Below, one piece after another: positions 1 through 11,520 of a DNA stretch of 64,000 bases (the stretch's first letter is position 1; the number at the start of each line of letters is the position of its first letter). The stretch comes from Camelus ferus. Lineage: Eukaryota. The notes beneath the pieces are model-generated. The model ran no database searches. It had not been told where the DNA came from and saw only the letters and a program-made list of their open reading frames with translations. The translations under genes were made by a program, and so were the position numbers. Location of the stretch: the NCBI RefSeq assembly GCF_009834535.1, contig NC_045697.1, positions 116,624,001 to 116,688,000 on the forward strand, given 5' to 3'.

Positions 1-665
1 GGGAAAAATATAGTAAAGGATTCTTTCCCCCAACCCCCGCTTTCAACCAAGGTTTGAAAAGCTAGTGTTAAAATTACAACTTCAAGACACGCACTTACAT
101 TTGAATATTTTATTAAAATGGACAAAATTTATTTAAGAGGAGTAATTTATATAAATCTTCCTGATCTAAAATATTATACTCTCCCACTTCCCCCCAGGGT
201 TTTTGTAAATTTTTGGTATATGTCTAAACATAGTAGGTTACAATTAAGAAGGCTTTTTGGTAGCTCTGAAGTACGGTTTAGACCCCAGAAGCTTTTTCGC
301 TTACAAACATTAAAATCCAAGCAGCTTCTCTGATCTTCTATTTTCAGTTTTCTTTATATCAGAGTTTCTTTTAAATCAGTGTTTTTAGTGATTGTGAAAA
401 AGGCCCTGCCAAATAACAATGCTGACTGCTGACATTAATTGTTTTCACGACAATATCTGGCATGATTTATTACTTTTATAATTATGATTCCCGAATGATT
501 TTTAAATAAAATTCTCAAATTGAGGCTGCATTTCTAATAGAAAATTATAATTTTGCAAATAGAAAACTATAATTAATTTTTTTTAATGTTGGATCTAACT
601 TTGAAGAACATGGTGTCTTACAATGAACTCAGAGGCAAGGACTCTCAGCCCCTCCAGTTACTTAC

Positions 666-770
666 GGCATTCAGATGTTCTTGCCTCAAATGGGTACGGA
701 GATGTCGTAATAATTTTGTAGTAATTGGCAAAATATTTGTCAAGTTGCGCAGACCATCCATTGTTGTCTC
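666..770 (-). CDS. RXFP1: RXFP1 coding exon 3 (LDLa-LRR linker)
   Basis: Acceptor tttattttag| and donor |gtaagt, 105 nt, phase 1-1. Encodes (G)DNNGWSAQLDKYFANYYKIITTSPYPFEARTSEC, carrying the GDxxGW linker motif of RXFP1. Not shown in the ORF track. Confidence 0.95.
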
Positions 771-1238
771 CTAAAATAAAATCAGAGAGCAGAAAAGTTG
801 AAGAAAACAGAAATATTCTGGGGTGTTGGGGAAAACAGGTCCGCCTTAAAATAAACAGGTGGTCGGCAGACTTAGAGAGGGAGACATCGCCCGGGGGCTT
901 GTCAACACTGTGAGTTGCTGGCCCTCACCTGGAGTTGCTGATTTCATAGATCTGAGATGGATCTCCTCGTCTCCATTTTTAACAGGCACTGTAGGGGATT
1001 CTTCAGCAAGTGTTCCAACCAGATTTCAACAAACAGCACTTTAGATGTACTGAGACCCAGCGCACTGTTCTTAGCCTATTAATTACGGTTAATTGTCTTC
1101 AGTTGTTTAACCTGATATTGGAGATGTATTAACGTGGATAGATAAATGGCCATGATTGTTAAATAGGAAAAGAAAAAAAAATAACATGACCGGCACCATC
1201 TCATTCTTCTTTTCTTTTTTTCAAAGGCATGGTGGTAT

Positions 1239-1784
1239 TGCTAGGTAGTTAGATAAGTGGGGGCACTGGGCAGACAGGTGGAGGAGAGAGAGAATGGTCC
1301 AGACGATGGCATGGTGCCCACCTCCAGCATTAAGGGGCTTTACTTCCTCTAAATGAGTGCCAGCAAGAAACTGGTTAGAACCCGACAGCTGTGACTACGC
1401 GGCAGTGACAAGGACCTAACCGGACATGACCCAGTGCTCACTGTATTATAATTAACACTGCAGTTGAGCCCCACCAGGGGTTTCTCTGTGTGCCTCGTGG
1501 GTAAGGACATGCGCAAAGCGGGACAAACATGACTGAGCACTCCAGGGGCAAGAGCTGTCAATCAATCAAAAGATCACCTCTGAGCAAGGGTGTAAGGGAA
1601 AGGGGAGCAGACAAAGACTGCCGCTTTCCTTCCCTTGGATGAGCCCGCCTCCTGTTCTTGGAGGTGCACTTTTCCTTTTCTTAAATAAATCCTTTGCTGC
1701 ACAACACACTCCGCCTCCTGTCTGTAGTCTTGTCTTTCAGGTGAGACAAGGACTGGGGTCTTTTCTTCACCTCTTGGGGTAACA
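1239..1784 (+). mobile_element. Solo LTR, ERV1-like
   Basis: TG...CA termini (tgctaggtagttag ... ggtaaca), AATAAA at 1684-1689, 4-bp flanks gtat/atat consistent with an ERV1-type TSD. Confidence 0.75.
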
Positions 1785-2439
1785 ATATCACAGATCGCAC
1801 TGAGTGTTTATCCTCTGAGCCCTTACGGATTTTCTCATCTATATTTTCTGATTTTGATATTAAACTCTTGCATAATTTTTTTAAATAAAATCAAACAAAT
1901 AATAGTAAAAGTCTTCACTGAGTTGGGGGAGAAAAGAAATTTTTTCCTCACAAAATTCCTCATGACCTTTTCAGTTATTTTTAAACATGAGACCATGAAG
2001 CCATTCATGTGGTGGAGTGGACAGTGAATGGGGAGGCAGGACCAACTTCCCTGTATCATCTGCAGATGGCACAAGCCTTCATCCCCCTGTGGGGGGGGGG
2101 GGCGAGTTTGAACATGACCCTTTCCAGAGGTTCCAAAATTTTTTCAGATTGCTGCTAAGACTCTTTAAGGATGCATAAATATATAAACAGATGATAGAAA
2201 TGATAAAAGTTTATCCTTCTTCCATAAAAGTATTAAATCTAGCATTGATTTTATGAGTTGTTTCTGCACATATGTATAATTCAAGCCTGAGACTAAGACC
2301 AGGTATTAAAATTTTGTTCAGTTTGCTTGGATTTGGTGAACTTGACTTAATCATATCCATGGTTTTAATTCTTATCAAAGGATTTCAAAATTACGTTTTT
2401 AGCCTGCACTGTATCTACTGTGTAACATGGGATCAGTTC

Positions 2440-2650
2440 ACATGTTGCGCTGGTTGGGGCAGCTGGGCCAGTGATGGTGTGGGCAGCCGTCAGTCTCCGG
2501 ATGGGAGCCCTGGTGCTGAGTTCCTGGGTCCCCTGCCACCAGTGGCTGCGGCCCACACCTCCATCCCTTCTGAGAATTTTCTAAGTATCTAATTTCTGTT
2601 TAACAGACCTAGAGTGAGTTCTCTTTCTTGCATTAAACCCTGATAGATAT
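2440..2650 (+). mobile_element. Old ERVL/MaLR-type LTR remnant
   Basis: 3' end resembles LTR endings (agagtgagttctctttcttgcattaaaccctgatagata). Highly diverged. Confidence 0.3.
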
Positions 2651-3109
2651 AGAGACTGACTGAATTGTTGAATTAAAATGTTGTTTAAGTGTGACTGGAT
2701 TTTTAGTTAGTTTTCAGAGCCCAGGCGGAGTCTCATGATTTAGAACAAGGCAGTGCATTTTTTTTCCTAAACCCACGAGCGTGAGTGTAATTTAGTTCCG
2801 TGGTCTCACTGTGGTAACATGGGTGATGCTTTCCCGAATTTTCCCCCATCTTCCAAGTGGATTCTGGGAGTGGGGTCAGAGTAGACCGCTCAGCTCTCCT
2901 GGGCTCCAGAAACACCTCTTTGTTTCCTCGGATGTCAAGTGTGAAGTTTACCGCATTTGGATTGTCCCCCTTTCCTGGGTTGGCTGAGTTTGTTGACTTT
3001 TAGGCAAGTTTTTACTTTTAAAAACTTAGTTCATATCTTTAGATACAAGAAAGGAAAATTCTAGGAGAGACTTAAATTCCCCCATTTTTTAATGGAGATT
3101 TTGAATATT

Positions 3110-3260
3110 AGCACTTAGCGCTGAGAGGACTAATATTCAGCAAGTACCTGTGTTATTACTTTATTTTATCCTCATAGTAACTCTATTTGGCCATTATTGT
3201 CAACTCTACTTACAGGTTGAAAAAACTGATTCTGAGACGTTTAAGTGATTTGACTAAGAA
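3110..3260. mobile_element. MIR remnant
   Basis: Core-like atcctcatagtaactct...tacaggttgaaaaaactgattctgagacgtttaagtgatttgactaag. Confidence 0.5.
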
Positions 3261-3404
3261 ACAGAATTATTAAAAATACCTGAAAATTAAAATAAAATTA
3301 TTTAAATCTTTTATAGGCCCCAAAGATTATTTAATCAGTTTATATTCTACCTATACAATTCCAACTTTTATGTGACACTGCCTTTAAATATTTAGCTATT
3401 ACTG

Positions 3405-3644
3405 GGAGGGATAAATTAGGAGTTTGGGATTAACATATACACACTACTGTATATAAAATAGATAAACAACAAGGACCTAATGTATAGTATAGGAAACTAT
3501 ATTCAATATCTTATTCTCTAATGGAAAAGAATCTGAAAAATAATATATATACATATACACGTATAACTGAATCACTATGCTGTATACCAGAAACTAACAC
3601 AACACTGTAAAGCAACTATACTTCAATTAAAAAATTTAAAAAAC
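3405..3644 (+). mobile_element. 5'-truncated L1 (3'UTR only)
   Basis: L1 3'UTR motifs and A-rich tail, with a perfect 15-bp TSD atttagctattactg at 3390-3404 and 3645-3659. Confidence 0.9.
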
Positions 3645-4339
3645 ATTTAGCTATTACTGTTACCTATTTTTCTGTTGCCTGTTTCATTTTCACTCTAGAG
3701 GCTCTTACACCAGCATTGTGTGAATTACACAAAAATGTATTTAACAACCAGAAGTAGTTACTAACTAGAATTTAAGTTCGTCATTATCATTATCCATGGA
3801 ATCCATGAAAGTATTGCTAATCATTAAGGTATTACTAAAAAAGTTTTTTAACAAATTAATTTTTGTGCTAATGTTATGATTTTTTTTATCCATTTATAAA
3901 TGCTGCACGTAAAACATGTGAGTAGGAGAAGTCATTTGGCTCTGGATATGTTGAGGAACCGATTATTTTTATAAGCGAGGTTTTGTGTATCTGTAGGGCA
4001 AGGGTGAAGAGGGTCCGAAGGACTCGACCCTGCAGGCTGCCGAGGCCTTGCTGGGGGAGGAGGGGTGGCGTTCATGGTCACATCCGTGTTCCTGACACAG
4101 CTACCTGGACCTGAGTCACAGCGGTGGCACTTCATTGTGGTGACCGTGTCCCAGAGCCAGGCCTGTTTCTGCGGGTGGCCTTTCCCGGCTGCTGTGACAT
4201 TCGTGAGACAGGGAGGCTGGCTGACCTCCAGAAGTTGTTGCTTCTCCTTCCCTGGTTCTCCAGCAGGCCCTGTATGCAACTGAGCTTTCACAAGTGAACT
4301 GGTTGAATCTGTGGCATTTTAACCATTAATAGATGGTAC

Positions 4340-4496
4340 GGGGAGCGGGGGAGGTTATAGCTTAGTGATGGAGCACGTGCTTAGCACGCACAAGGTCCTG
4401 GGTCCAATCCCCAGTGCCTCCATCAAAACAAAAATAAGTTATAAAACCTAATTACCTCTCCCTCCCCCCAAAAATTACAAGTTAAAAAAATTTAAA
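4340..4496 (+). mobile_element. tRNA-Ala-derived SINE (camelid vic-1-like)
   Basis: tRNA-Ala(AGC)-like head with A/B boxes, AT-rich middle, cctaattacc-C-rich motif and A tail. Degenerate TSD taatagatggtac/taataggtgatgc. Confidence 0.85.
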
Positions 4497-5389
4497 TAAT
4501 AGGTGATGCAGGGCTCAAAACTGTGGGCCTTGGTGGCCTCTCCTGATCCTTCGTTCCCCACCACCTCTCTCTTGTCCTTCTGTCTAAAAGGGGCTCACTC
4601 CGCATGGCGTATTTGCAAAGCTTTGGTGCAGCAGATCCAAATGGTGTTGTAGTTGACATTCCCATCTCCTCTCTGTCTCTTCCTGAATCCTGTTCCTTCC
4701 TCTCCTTTTCTGCCCTGTTGTGCCTCGACACACACATGCAGTTGAAAAGCCAGGCTAAGAAGGAGAAAGAAAGGGGGAATTTGAGAATCTGAAGGAAAGG
4801 GGACAAGACTGCTTGTATTTCCCCAAAGCAGACCACATATTTTGTGGGGAGACCCCTTTTTAAATAGCAACGTCTTCAAACAAACAAGCTCTTTACTAAG
4901 GGGTATTCACCTTCCTGCCTGCCTTCCCGAAGCATTCTCTCCTTCCCACCCATGACTTCCTCTCACCAGAAGGCAGGGATACAGAACATAGGAGATGTGG
5001 CCCAAACTGCAAAGTTGGAAAGCTAGCTTTCTTAAGAGAACAGCTTTTGGTATGTGTGTTTCTATATTTTAAGCCCTATATCCCTCATATTTTAAGGACG
5101 TAGTGGGCAGTGAGCGGGATGACTTCACCCTTTAGTAACGATCCCACTGAAACTGATTCTCCGATTTTCCCTGAGGAATCACAGAGCTGTGCATAGGGCA
5201 GGGTACTAAAGAGGACACTGTGTTAGGGGACACGGCTTCTAGGGGTGTGGGTAGTGGTATATGAACAGCATTGATTAAATATATATATATTTTCCAAAAA
5301 TAGTTTTTTTCCTAAAAAAGCTAAAAAATGATATAATGATGCTGTGAATAAAAATGAATGACATAGACCAAGAAAAATCCTGTCTTACC

Positions 5390-5465
5390 TGTGGCATGAG
5401 CTCAATAAATACTTGTTAATTCAATAAATGAATGAATGAATGAATAAGTGGATGAATGAATGAAA
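5390..5465 (+). mobile_element. L2 3' terminus
   Basis: gctcaataaatacttgtt followed by (AATG)n. Confidence 0.6.
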
Positions 5466-5925
5466 GAGTGGGTCTCGGCCCTCCAAGTCACTTCAGAGAA
5501 AACCCAGCCTTCCTCATGCAATCATAAAATTTGGGAACTGGGACACTTAACCAGAACACAGATTTCCAGGCTCCTCCGCTGGAGATTGTGATCTGTTTGG
5601 TCAGCATGGGGAGCGGTGAACTGTATTTTCCGCAAATGGCGCTAGAGGAGTCTTGCAGAGAGTTCTGGGAGAACCGCAGTGTGGGATTTTCTCCAGCGCA
5701 GCCCTTGTCACATGGCAGTGGGGGACAGCTACATTTAGTATCAGAAACATCCTGGCAATTGGAGGGAGCGGTTTTTTGTTGTTTTTTCCTTACTAAAGTT
5801 GCTGACTGTTGAGGGTCAGTCTGGTAGTCCAAACACTCGAGATTAATGGGAGTGGTCCCAAGTTTAAGGGCATGCACGTATCTCTTGTTACTCTTATTGT
5901 AACTTGCTTCATACTGTACTGTTTA

Positions 5926-6015
5926 GGGAGGAGGGTATAGCTCACTGGTAGAGCGCACACTCGGCATGCAGGAGGTCCTGGGTTCAGTCCCCAGTACATG
6001 CTTTAAAAAGAAATG
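5926..6015 (+). mobile_element. tRNA-Ala-derived SINE, short form
   Basis: gagggtatagctcactggtagagcgcacactcggcatgcaggaggtcctgggttcagtccccagtac plus a short A tail. Confidence 0.8.
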
Positions 6016-6123
6016 CTATGCCTATTAACATATATATTTTACCTCCTTAAGAGAGTCTGACAGAAATTAGTCTTTTGACCTGTGTATTTTTATTACCTCA
6101 GTGACTTCTAAAGCATTTTAATA

Positions 6124-6500
6124 GCACAAGGGATTTTTAGGGCAATGAAATTATTCTGTGTGATACTATAGTGGTGGCTACATGTCATTATGCATTTGTC
6201 AAAGCTCATAGAATGTACATCAAGAGTGAGCCCTAATGTAAACCATGGACTTTGGTTGATAGTAATGTGCCCATGTTGGTTCATCGATTGTACCAAATGT
6301 GCCACACGGATGAGGGATGCTGAGGGTAGCGGAGTGTATATGTGTGAGTGGGGAGGGCTATGTGGGAACTCTGTATTTTCTGCTCAATTCTGTTGTGAAC
6401 CTAAAACTGCTCTAAAAGAATGAAGTCTATTAAAAACAACAACAACAAAAAACCAAAAACCAAAACCAAACTAAAACAATACAAAAAAACCCCACAAAAA
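6124..6500 (+). mobile_element. Old L1 (L1MC-like) 3' end
   Basis: gtgaacctaaaactgctctaaaa...aagtctatt terminus and a decayed A/CA tail. Confidence 0.75.
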
Positions 6501-7041
6501 ATAAAGTACTTTTAATATAAAATATGGCTGTTTACTAGCTCTCACAAAGTATATGAAATGGTAAATCTTTATTTCGTCTGCACCAAATGTTAGTTATAAT
6601 TGAGTTTAATGGAAAAGTGGGTTAGACACACCAATCTGAATTCTAGAGAGGGCATCACTCTCCTCTGCACGCTCAGACTCCCTGGCATTGGCATTGTGGA
6701 GGTGGGGGGCAGGGGGTGTCAAGGGATGAGGTCTGGGTGGGAATGGGAGAGGTTCGAGTCCCTCGAATGCACTCCATGCTTTGTTACGGTGCTACATTAG
6801 GGTTTCCTCAGTTTCCCAGGATTCTCCTTGAGAGGAGAGTTATGTGATTAAATATCCTTGGGAAATGCTGCATCCTGTGGTCCCCCTTTGGAATTGATAA
6901 TGCATGCTAGTATGAGGACAGGGAACTCAGGCTTAAAGAAATATCTTTAAAGTTTGTGTAACCCTGTTTATATGACACCTTTGACCACATTTTGGGAAGT
7001 GTTTGCTTTTGCATTTGTACGAGAAATAGCAGGTCCCAGAG

Positions 7042-7228
7042 GAGTGGTTTTCAAAGTGCAGATTCAGGGCAGGTAGTATCGGCATCATGTGGGGACTTCA
7101 AAGAAAAGCAAATTCTTGGGCCCCATGCCAGGGGCTTTTAATTAGGAACTCTGTAGAAGGGGCCCGCATTCTGTGTTTTAACAAGCCCTCCAGCCACTCT
7201 GACTCCTACTGAAGTTTGAAAATCACTG
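7042..7228 (+). mobile_element. MER5A-like hAT-Charlie non-autonomous DNA transposon
   Basis: TIR-like ends agtggttttcaaa / tttgaaaatcactg and internal ctgtgttttaacaagccctccag. Confidence 0.8.
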
Positions 7229-9739
7229 CTCCGGACTAACTGATTACTTTCCAGGTGTTCTGAATTCGGTAATAAAATTGTCTGCATTGGGAAGGGGATC
7301 ATTTCAAAATTTTAACAGGTGTGACATTCATCTATGGGTTAAAACGCTAGTTTCTGGGCTCCACCCCGCCCTGCCCCGCAGCCTACCCGCCCCATCAGGG
7401 ATCAGTGTTTCTGGGGGTGGGGAGCAGGACCCGGCTTCTCTCCAGCCGGCAGGAGGCTGCTATGCCTCCCAGACATTCACCGTTCCCGGGTTCCTTCGAG
7501 GTTTGGATTTTGAATATTCAGAAGCCGAGGAACTTGTTCCTCTGTCACATGCCTCTGTAAGAGAGGATGCCGTGAGGCTGTGTGTGAAAGGGTCTGCACT
7601 TTTATCAGAATGAAGGCATACATCCTATTGCTGATTGATGAATGAATGAATAGGTGGTTAACTTCTAATTGGATTGACGCGCAGCGGAGGTATTTACTCG
7701 GTTCTCAGCACCTATTCCGGGGACACAGTGAGTGGAGCATGTTTTTCTCAGAAAGTAACGGTCCCCAGAGTAGAGGTGCCCTGGGCCATCAGAAGAGGCC
7801 CTGGGGTGTCGCCTGGCCTGGCAGAAAAGTCATCAAACCCGTAGTGTGAGAGCTCCTTGAATCTGAGTGACAGCAGTCGTCTGCTGGACAGAATGCATAT
7901 GCCTCTTTCTGGTTCTTAGTACCTTTAGAGGCAACTCTTTGAAGAAGTGGAAGGTGTAACATTATCCTGGGCATATTTTAAAGGCAATCGGGGCCAATAC
8001 AGAAACTTCCTTTTGTGCCTATTCTGTAGGGAGCCTTCTGGGTTGGAAGTCTTTGTGCCGTGAACTCAAACGTCATTTACGCGTTGTTGGATACAACAGA
8101 TAAACCTATTGGGGTTAAAATGAGGTTTGTCTTTTATAAAAAAAAAGCCAAGGCTCAGCTCCTTAGGTATTTCCAGTGCTATTTTGAGAATAATAAATAG
8201 AAAACCAGCCGTTTTTGAACATACAATGCATAGTTGTGTATTAATACACATATTTATGACCCGTGCTACTTTTCGCCTGTGTTTTTAACCTTAAAAGAGA
8301 CGAACTGTCACCTTTAATTCTAAAATGAGAACAGCTAAGTTCTACGACAGACTATCTGGCACTGCCTTCATCCTGACAGCTGTGTGAAAAGCTGTATTGA
8401 GGAAATGAAAGACCGTTTAGCATTCCAGAATTTTAAATGCAGGTCCAAATCACAATTAAAAGGATCCTTGAATACACTTCAGACAGTCTTACAATCCTAT
8501 TAAAAAGCATATATCCTCACCATCACACCCATAAAAAATACTGTTTACCTACTACTCAGAGATTATTAGTAAGTACCAGCCAGTGACAGGCAAATATTCT
8601 GGGGTATTAAAGTTTTCTTTCCTTTGCATTCCTTGCACTCAGCCTTTTTCCTATGCAGGAGGCTAGAATTATCCACTTGCATTGCTTTGGGGAAGGGATG
8701 ACACAGCAGTCTGCAGATAACAAAGGAGTCGAATTCTAAGTATTTGATTGTTTCAGCATTGGCCATAGACGTGGGGAAAAAAAAAAGAGCTGGGCTTTGC
8801 TGTTTCTAGACTGGACAGGAGAGCTGGACCAGAGACCCGGAGGGGAAGGGTCTTCCTTCCCTTCCCTCTGCCTGGGCGGAACCAGGGGAAGCCAGAAGCC
8901 CCTCACCTTCACTATATCCACAAAGACCTTATTTCCACATTCTAAGGTTCCTGGTGGACATGCATTTTTAGCAGACGCTAACATAATACATCACCCAAAA
9001 TGTACTGTAAGAGGTTTCTGTTTTCCCTGTGGATCAACGAAGTACAGATGTGGAAATAGTGACATCCTCTCCCTATAGGCAAGGCTGTGAGCGTGCAGAG
9101 CAGGAGTGATGTTTAGAGCCTCCCGCGGGGAGCCCCTGAACTTGGGTCTTCATGGTAGAGGGATTCAGCCTGCCTCCAGCAGGGGGATGAGGCTGGGCTG
9201 GTGTGACCGTGATGGGAGCCTTCTCCATAGAGACATCTGTTTACAATGCAGAAGGAGGGGTGCTAGCACATTCTAATCTGGAAATGCAAACGTTCCTTTT
9301 AAATAAAAACCTGGATATAATCAATAAATTCTGTAGCATCTGATAATTTGATGCTATTTTAATATTTCATTTTTACTATTGAGTTAGAACTCAGTTTGAG
9401 ATGGACAAAAATAATTCATGAACTTGAGTCCTTATCTTTTTGTAACCAGGTTCCTTTGGTATTTACCCAGGCATATTCTTCCAAGTATCTCAGAGTTTTA
9501 GCTGGAAAAGTGAGAAGTTCCTCTTTTTTCGATTTGTCACTGTTGCACTAAACACTGCGCATATGACTGTTAAAGATTTTTTTTTTTTTTTGGCCTCTAT
9601 TCTGATGGCATCTGTGATAGTTCTGGGTACAGATAAAAAATAGGTTAGTAGCAAAAATGTTTTTTACCAGAGAATTTTGAATTTCTAGACGGCTGTGAGG
9701 ATTTTATGTTTTATTGTTTCCTGTTAGTAAAAATAATTT

Positions 9740-10070
9740 TACTAACTTGTGATCAGATAATTTGTTCTGTGTTGTTTCTACATTTGCGAATTTATTGAAT
9801 TTTTATAGCTTAACGTATGTAAATTTTTATAAATGCTTAAAGGAATTTTTGAAAAGTTGTTTTTATTTTGAGGGTATTGAATTCAATATCTACCTGTAAG
9901 TTCTGTGAGATTGTGCGTTAGGCCTTCATATTGTTACTTATTTTTCTATCTCCTTAATCGATCGTATGCTGAGCTAGGGGTTTTATTGTTGTCCTTTTTC
10001 TGTTCTACTTGTACTTCTGCAGCTTTACCTTTTTGAATTTTAAAACTGTTATTTGGTGCATAAAGTTCCT
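9740..10070 (-). mobile_element. Very old L1 ORF2 remnant
   Basis: T-rich sequence weakly resembling the antisense L1 endonuclease region. Confidence 0.35.
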
Positions 10071-11494
10071 TGAGAGATACAAAATAAATGCATTAATGAT
10101 ATATGGCAAAATCATTTGGGAGTTATATCAAACCACGTAATTCAGGGAAAAAATGTGTATATTTCCATATTGAGTTTATCAGTAAGGATCAGATTTGTGA
10201 AAATGCTGCAGTCAGTTTTGACCAGGACTCCCCTAGTCTGGAGTCCAATCAAATGTAAACGATTCCTGTGATAGAATGAAAAAGATGTCAGCTGCAGAGT
10301 AATAGACTATGTATTGCCCAAATATTTTAGAAGGAAAATGATCTCTGTGAATTCAGATAGAAACTTTAATCGAGCTTTAATCAAACTTGATTAAAACTTC
10401 TCCTTGCATTGTGTCCAAGAAAAATGTTCAATGATTTTGATGTCTTATGTTTTTGTTTGAGATATTTTATTTTTTAATATTTAATATGATTTTATTTTTT
10501 ATGGATTTTCAAAGAGAACTGGAAACGTAAGACTACTTGTTTCGAATGTTTGTGATGATACAAAACTAACAGTTCTTTCTAAATATAATTAGTTTATATT
10601 ATAGGTCAGTACATGGGGAGTCAGTTTAATTTATTTGATGGCATTTCATTTTTTAGTGACTTCCTTAAATTTTATTACCGCTGTTTCCATTTGACTTATT
10701 TCTCCACTTTTATAATTATTATTAGTGTCAATATTTAAATAGTTTAAGGGAATAAGGAAGAGGGTTTTGGAGCTATTTTTCTAAAAGGTCTAATTAAGAA
10801 CAAAGTTCCCCGTTTCAGAAAAAAGGTTTTTTATTTGACAACATACTAAGCTGTAAATGATCACTCTTAAAGAGATTTTTAGCTGTGCGTTCTTCTTTTA
10901 TTTATGTCTAAGATATTGTATTTTATATGACTGCAAATATATTTAATGTTGCTTATTCAAATATGCGTGAAGGTTACATATTCTGAAAAGGGTCAACTTT
11001 CTGACTTAATTTAATAAGCATCAAACCAAATTTAAATATGGATGTCTTAAAAATGAACAGCCCAGGGAGCATAAATTATCCAGATACCATAAAAAGAAGG
11101 AAAAAAGCACATCTGGTGAAGGAAATTAAAGCAATGAGAAGCCAGAAGAAATAACTACATCTAATACTTTGTATCACCTGGACTGTGCAGGCGGCGTGAA
11201 ATTCTGACATCGTTTCCGGGAAGTTCCAGCCTCCTGCCGCACAGACAGCAGCAGCATCTCAGCTGCGCATCTCTGAGGCTTTGGGCACAGCTCCCTCTTT
11301 TGGTATTTGCAGCTAGTAGAGTGTCAGTTCTTCTTACAGAAACTAAACAATTTGATAATAATGGAGTCTGTTATTGAGTTGTATGAGCAGGTTAGAATGC
11401 TGGCATGCCACGTTGAAATCCTGATTCCAGTTTATTTCTGCTGTGGCTACTGGGTCGTGTGCCCTCCTTATTTTCTCCTCACTCGGGCTTGGGT

Positions 11495-11520
11495 CAGCGG
11501 TTCTCAATGTCTAGCGTGCC
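11495..11520 (-). mobile_element. MER5A-like element, left part (split by L1)
   Basis: cagcggttctcaatgtctagcgtgc matches the MER5A terminus and continues at 15455. Confidence 0.6.

Noticed and set aside
768..773. Tandem NAGNAG acceptor (tagGAG) at exon 3 that would delete the linker Gly
   Set aside because: GAG is a rarely used acceptor and nothing in the sequence supports its use.
8328..8343. Steroid response element-like AGAACA-gcta-AGTTCT
   Set aside because: The spacer is 4 bp rather than 3 and the second half-site is imperfect, so it is at chance level.
9723..9746. Short hairpin gttagtaaaa-ataa-ttttactaac and similar small palindromes (e.g. near 60071)
   Set aside because: AT-rich stems of 10 bp or less are expected by chance in 64 kb.
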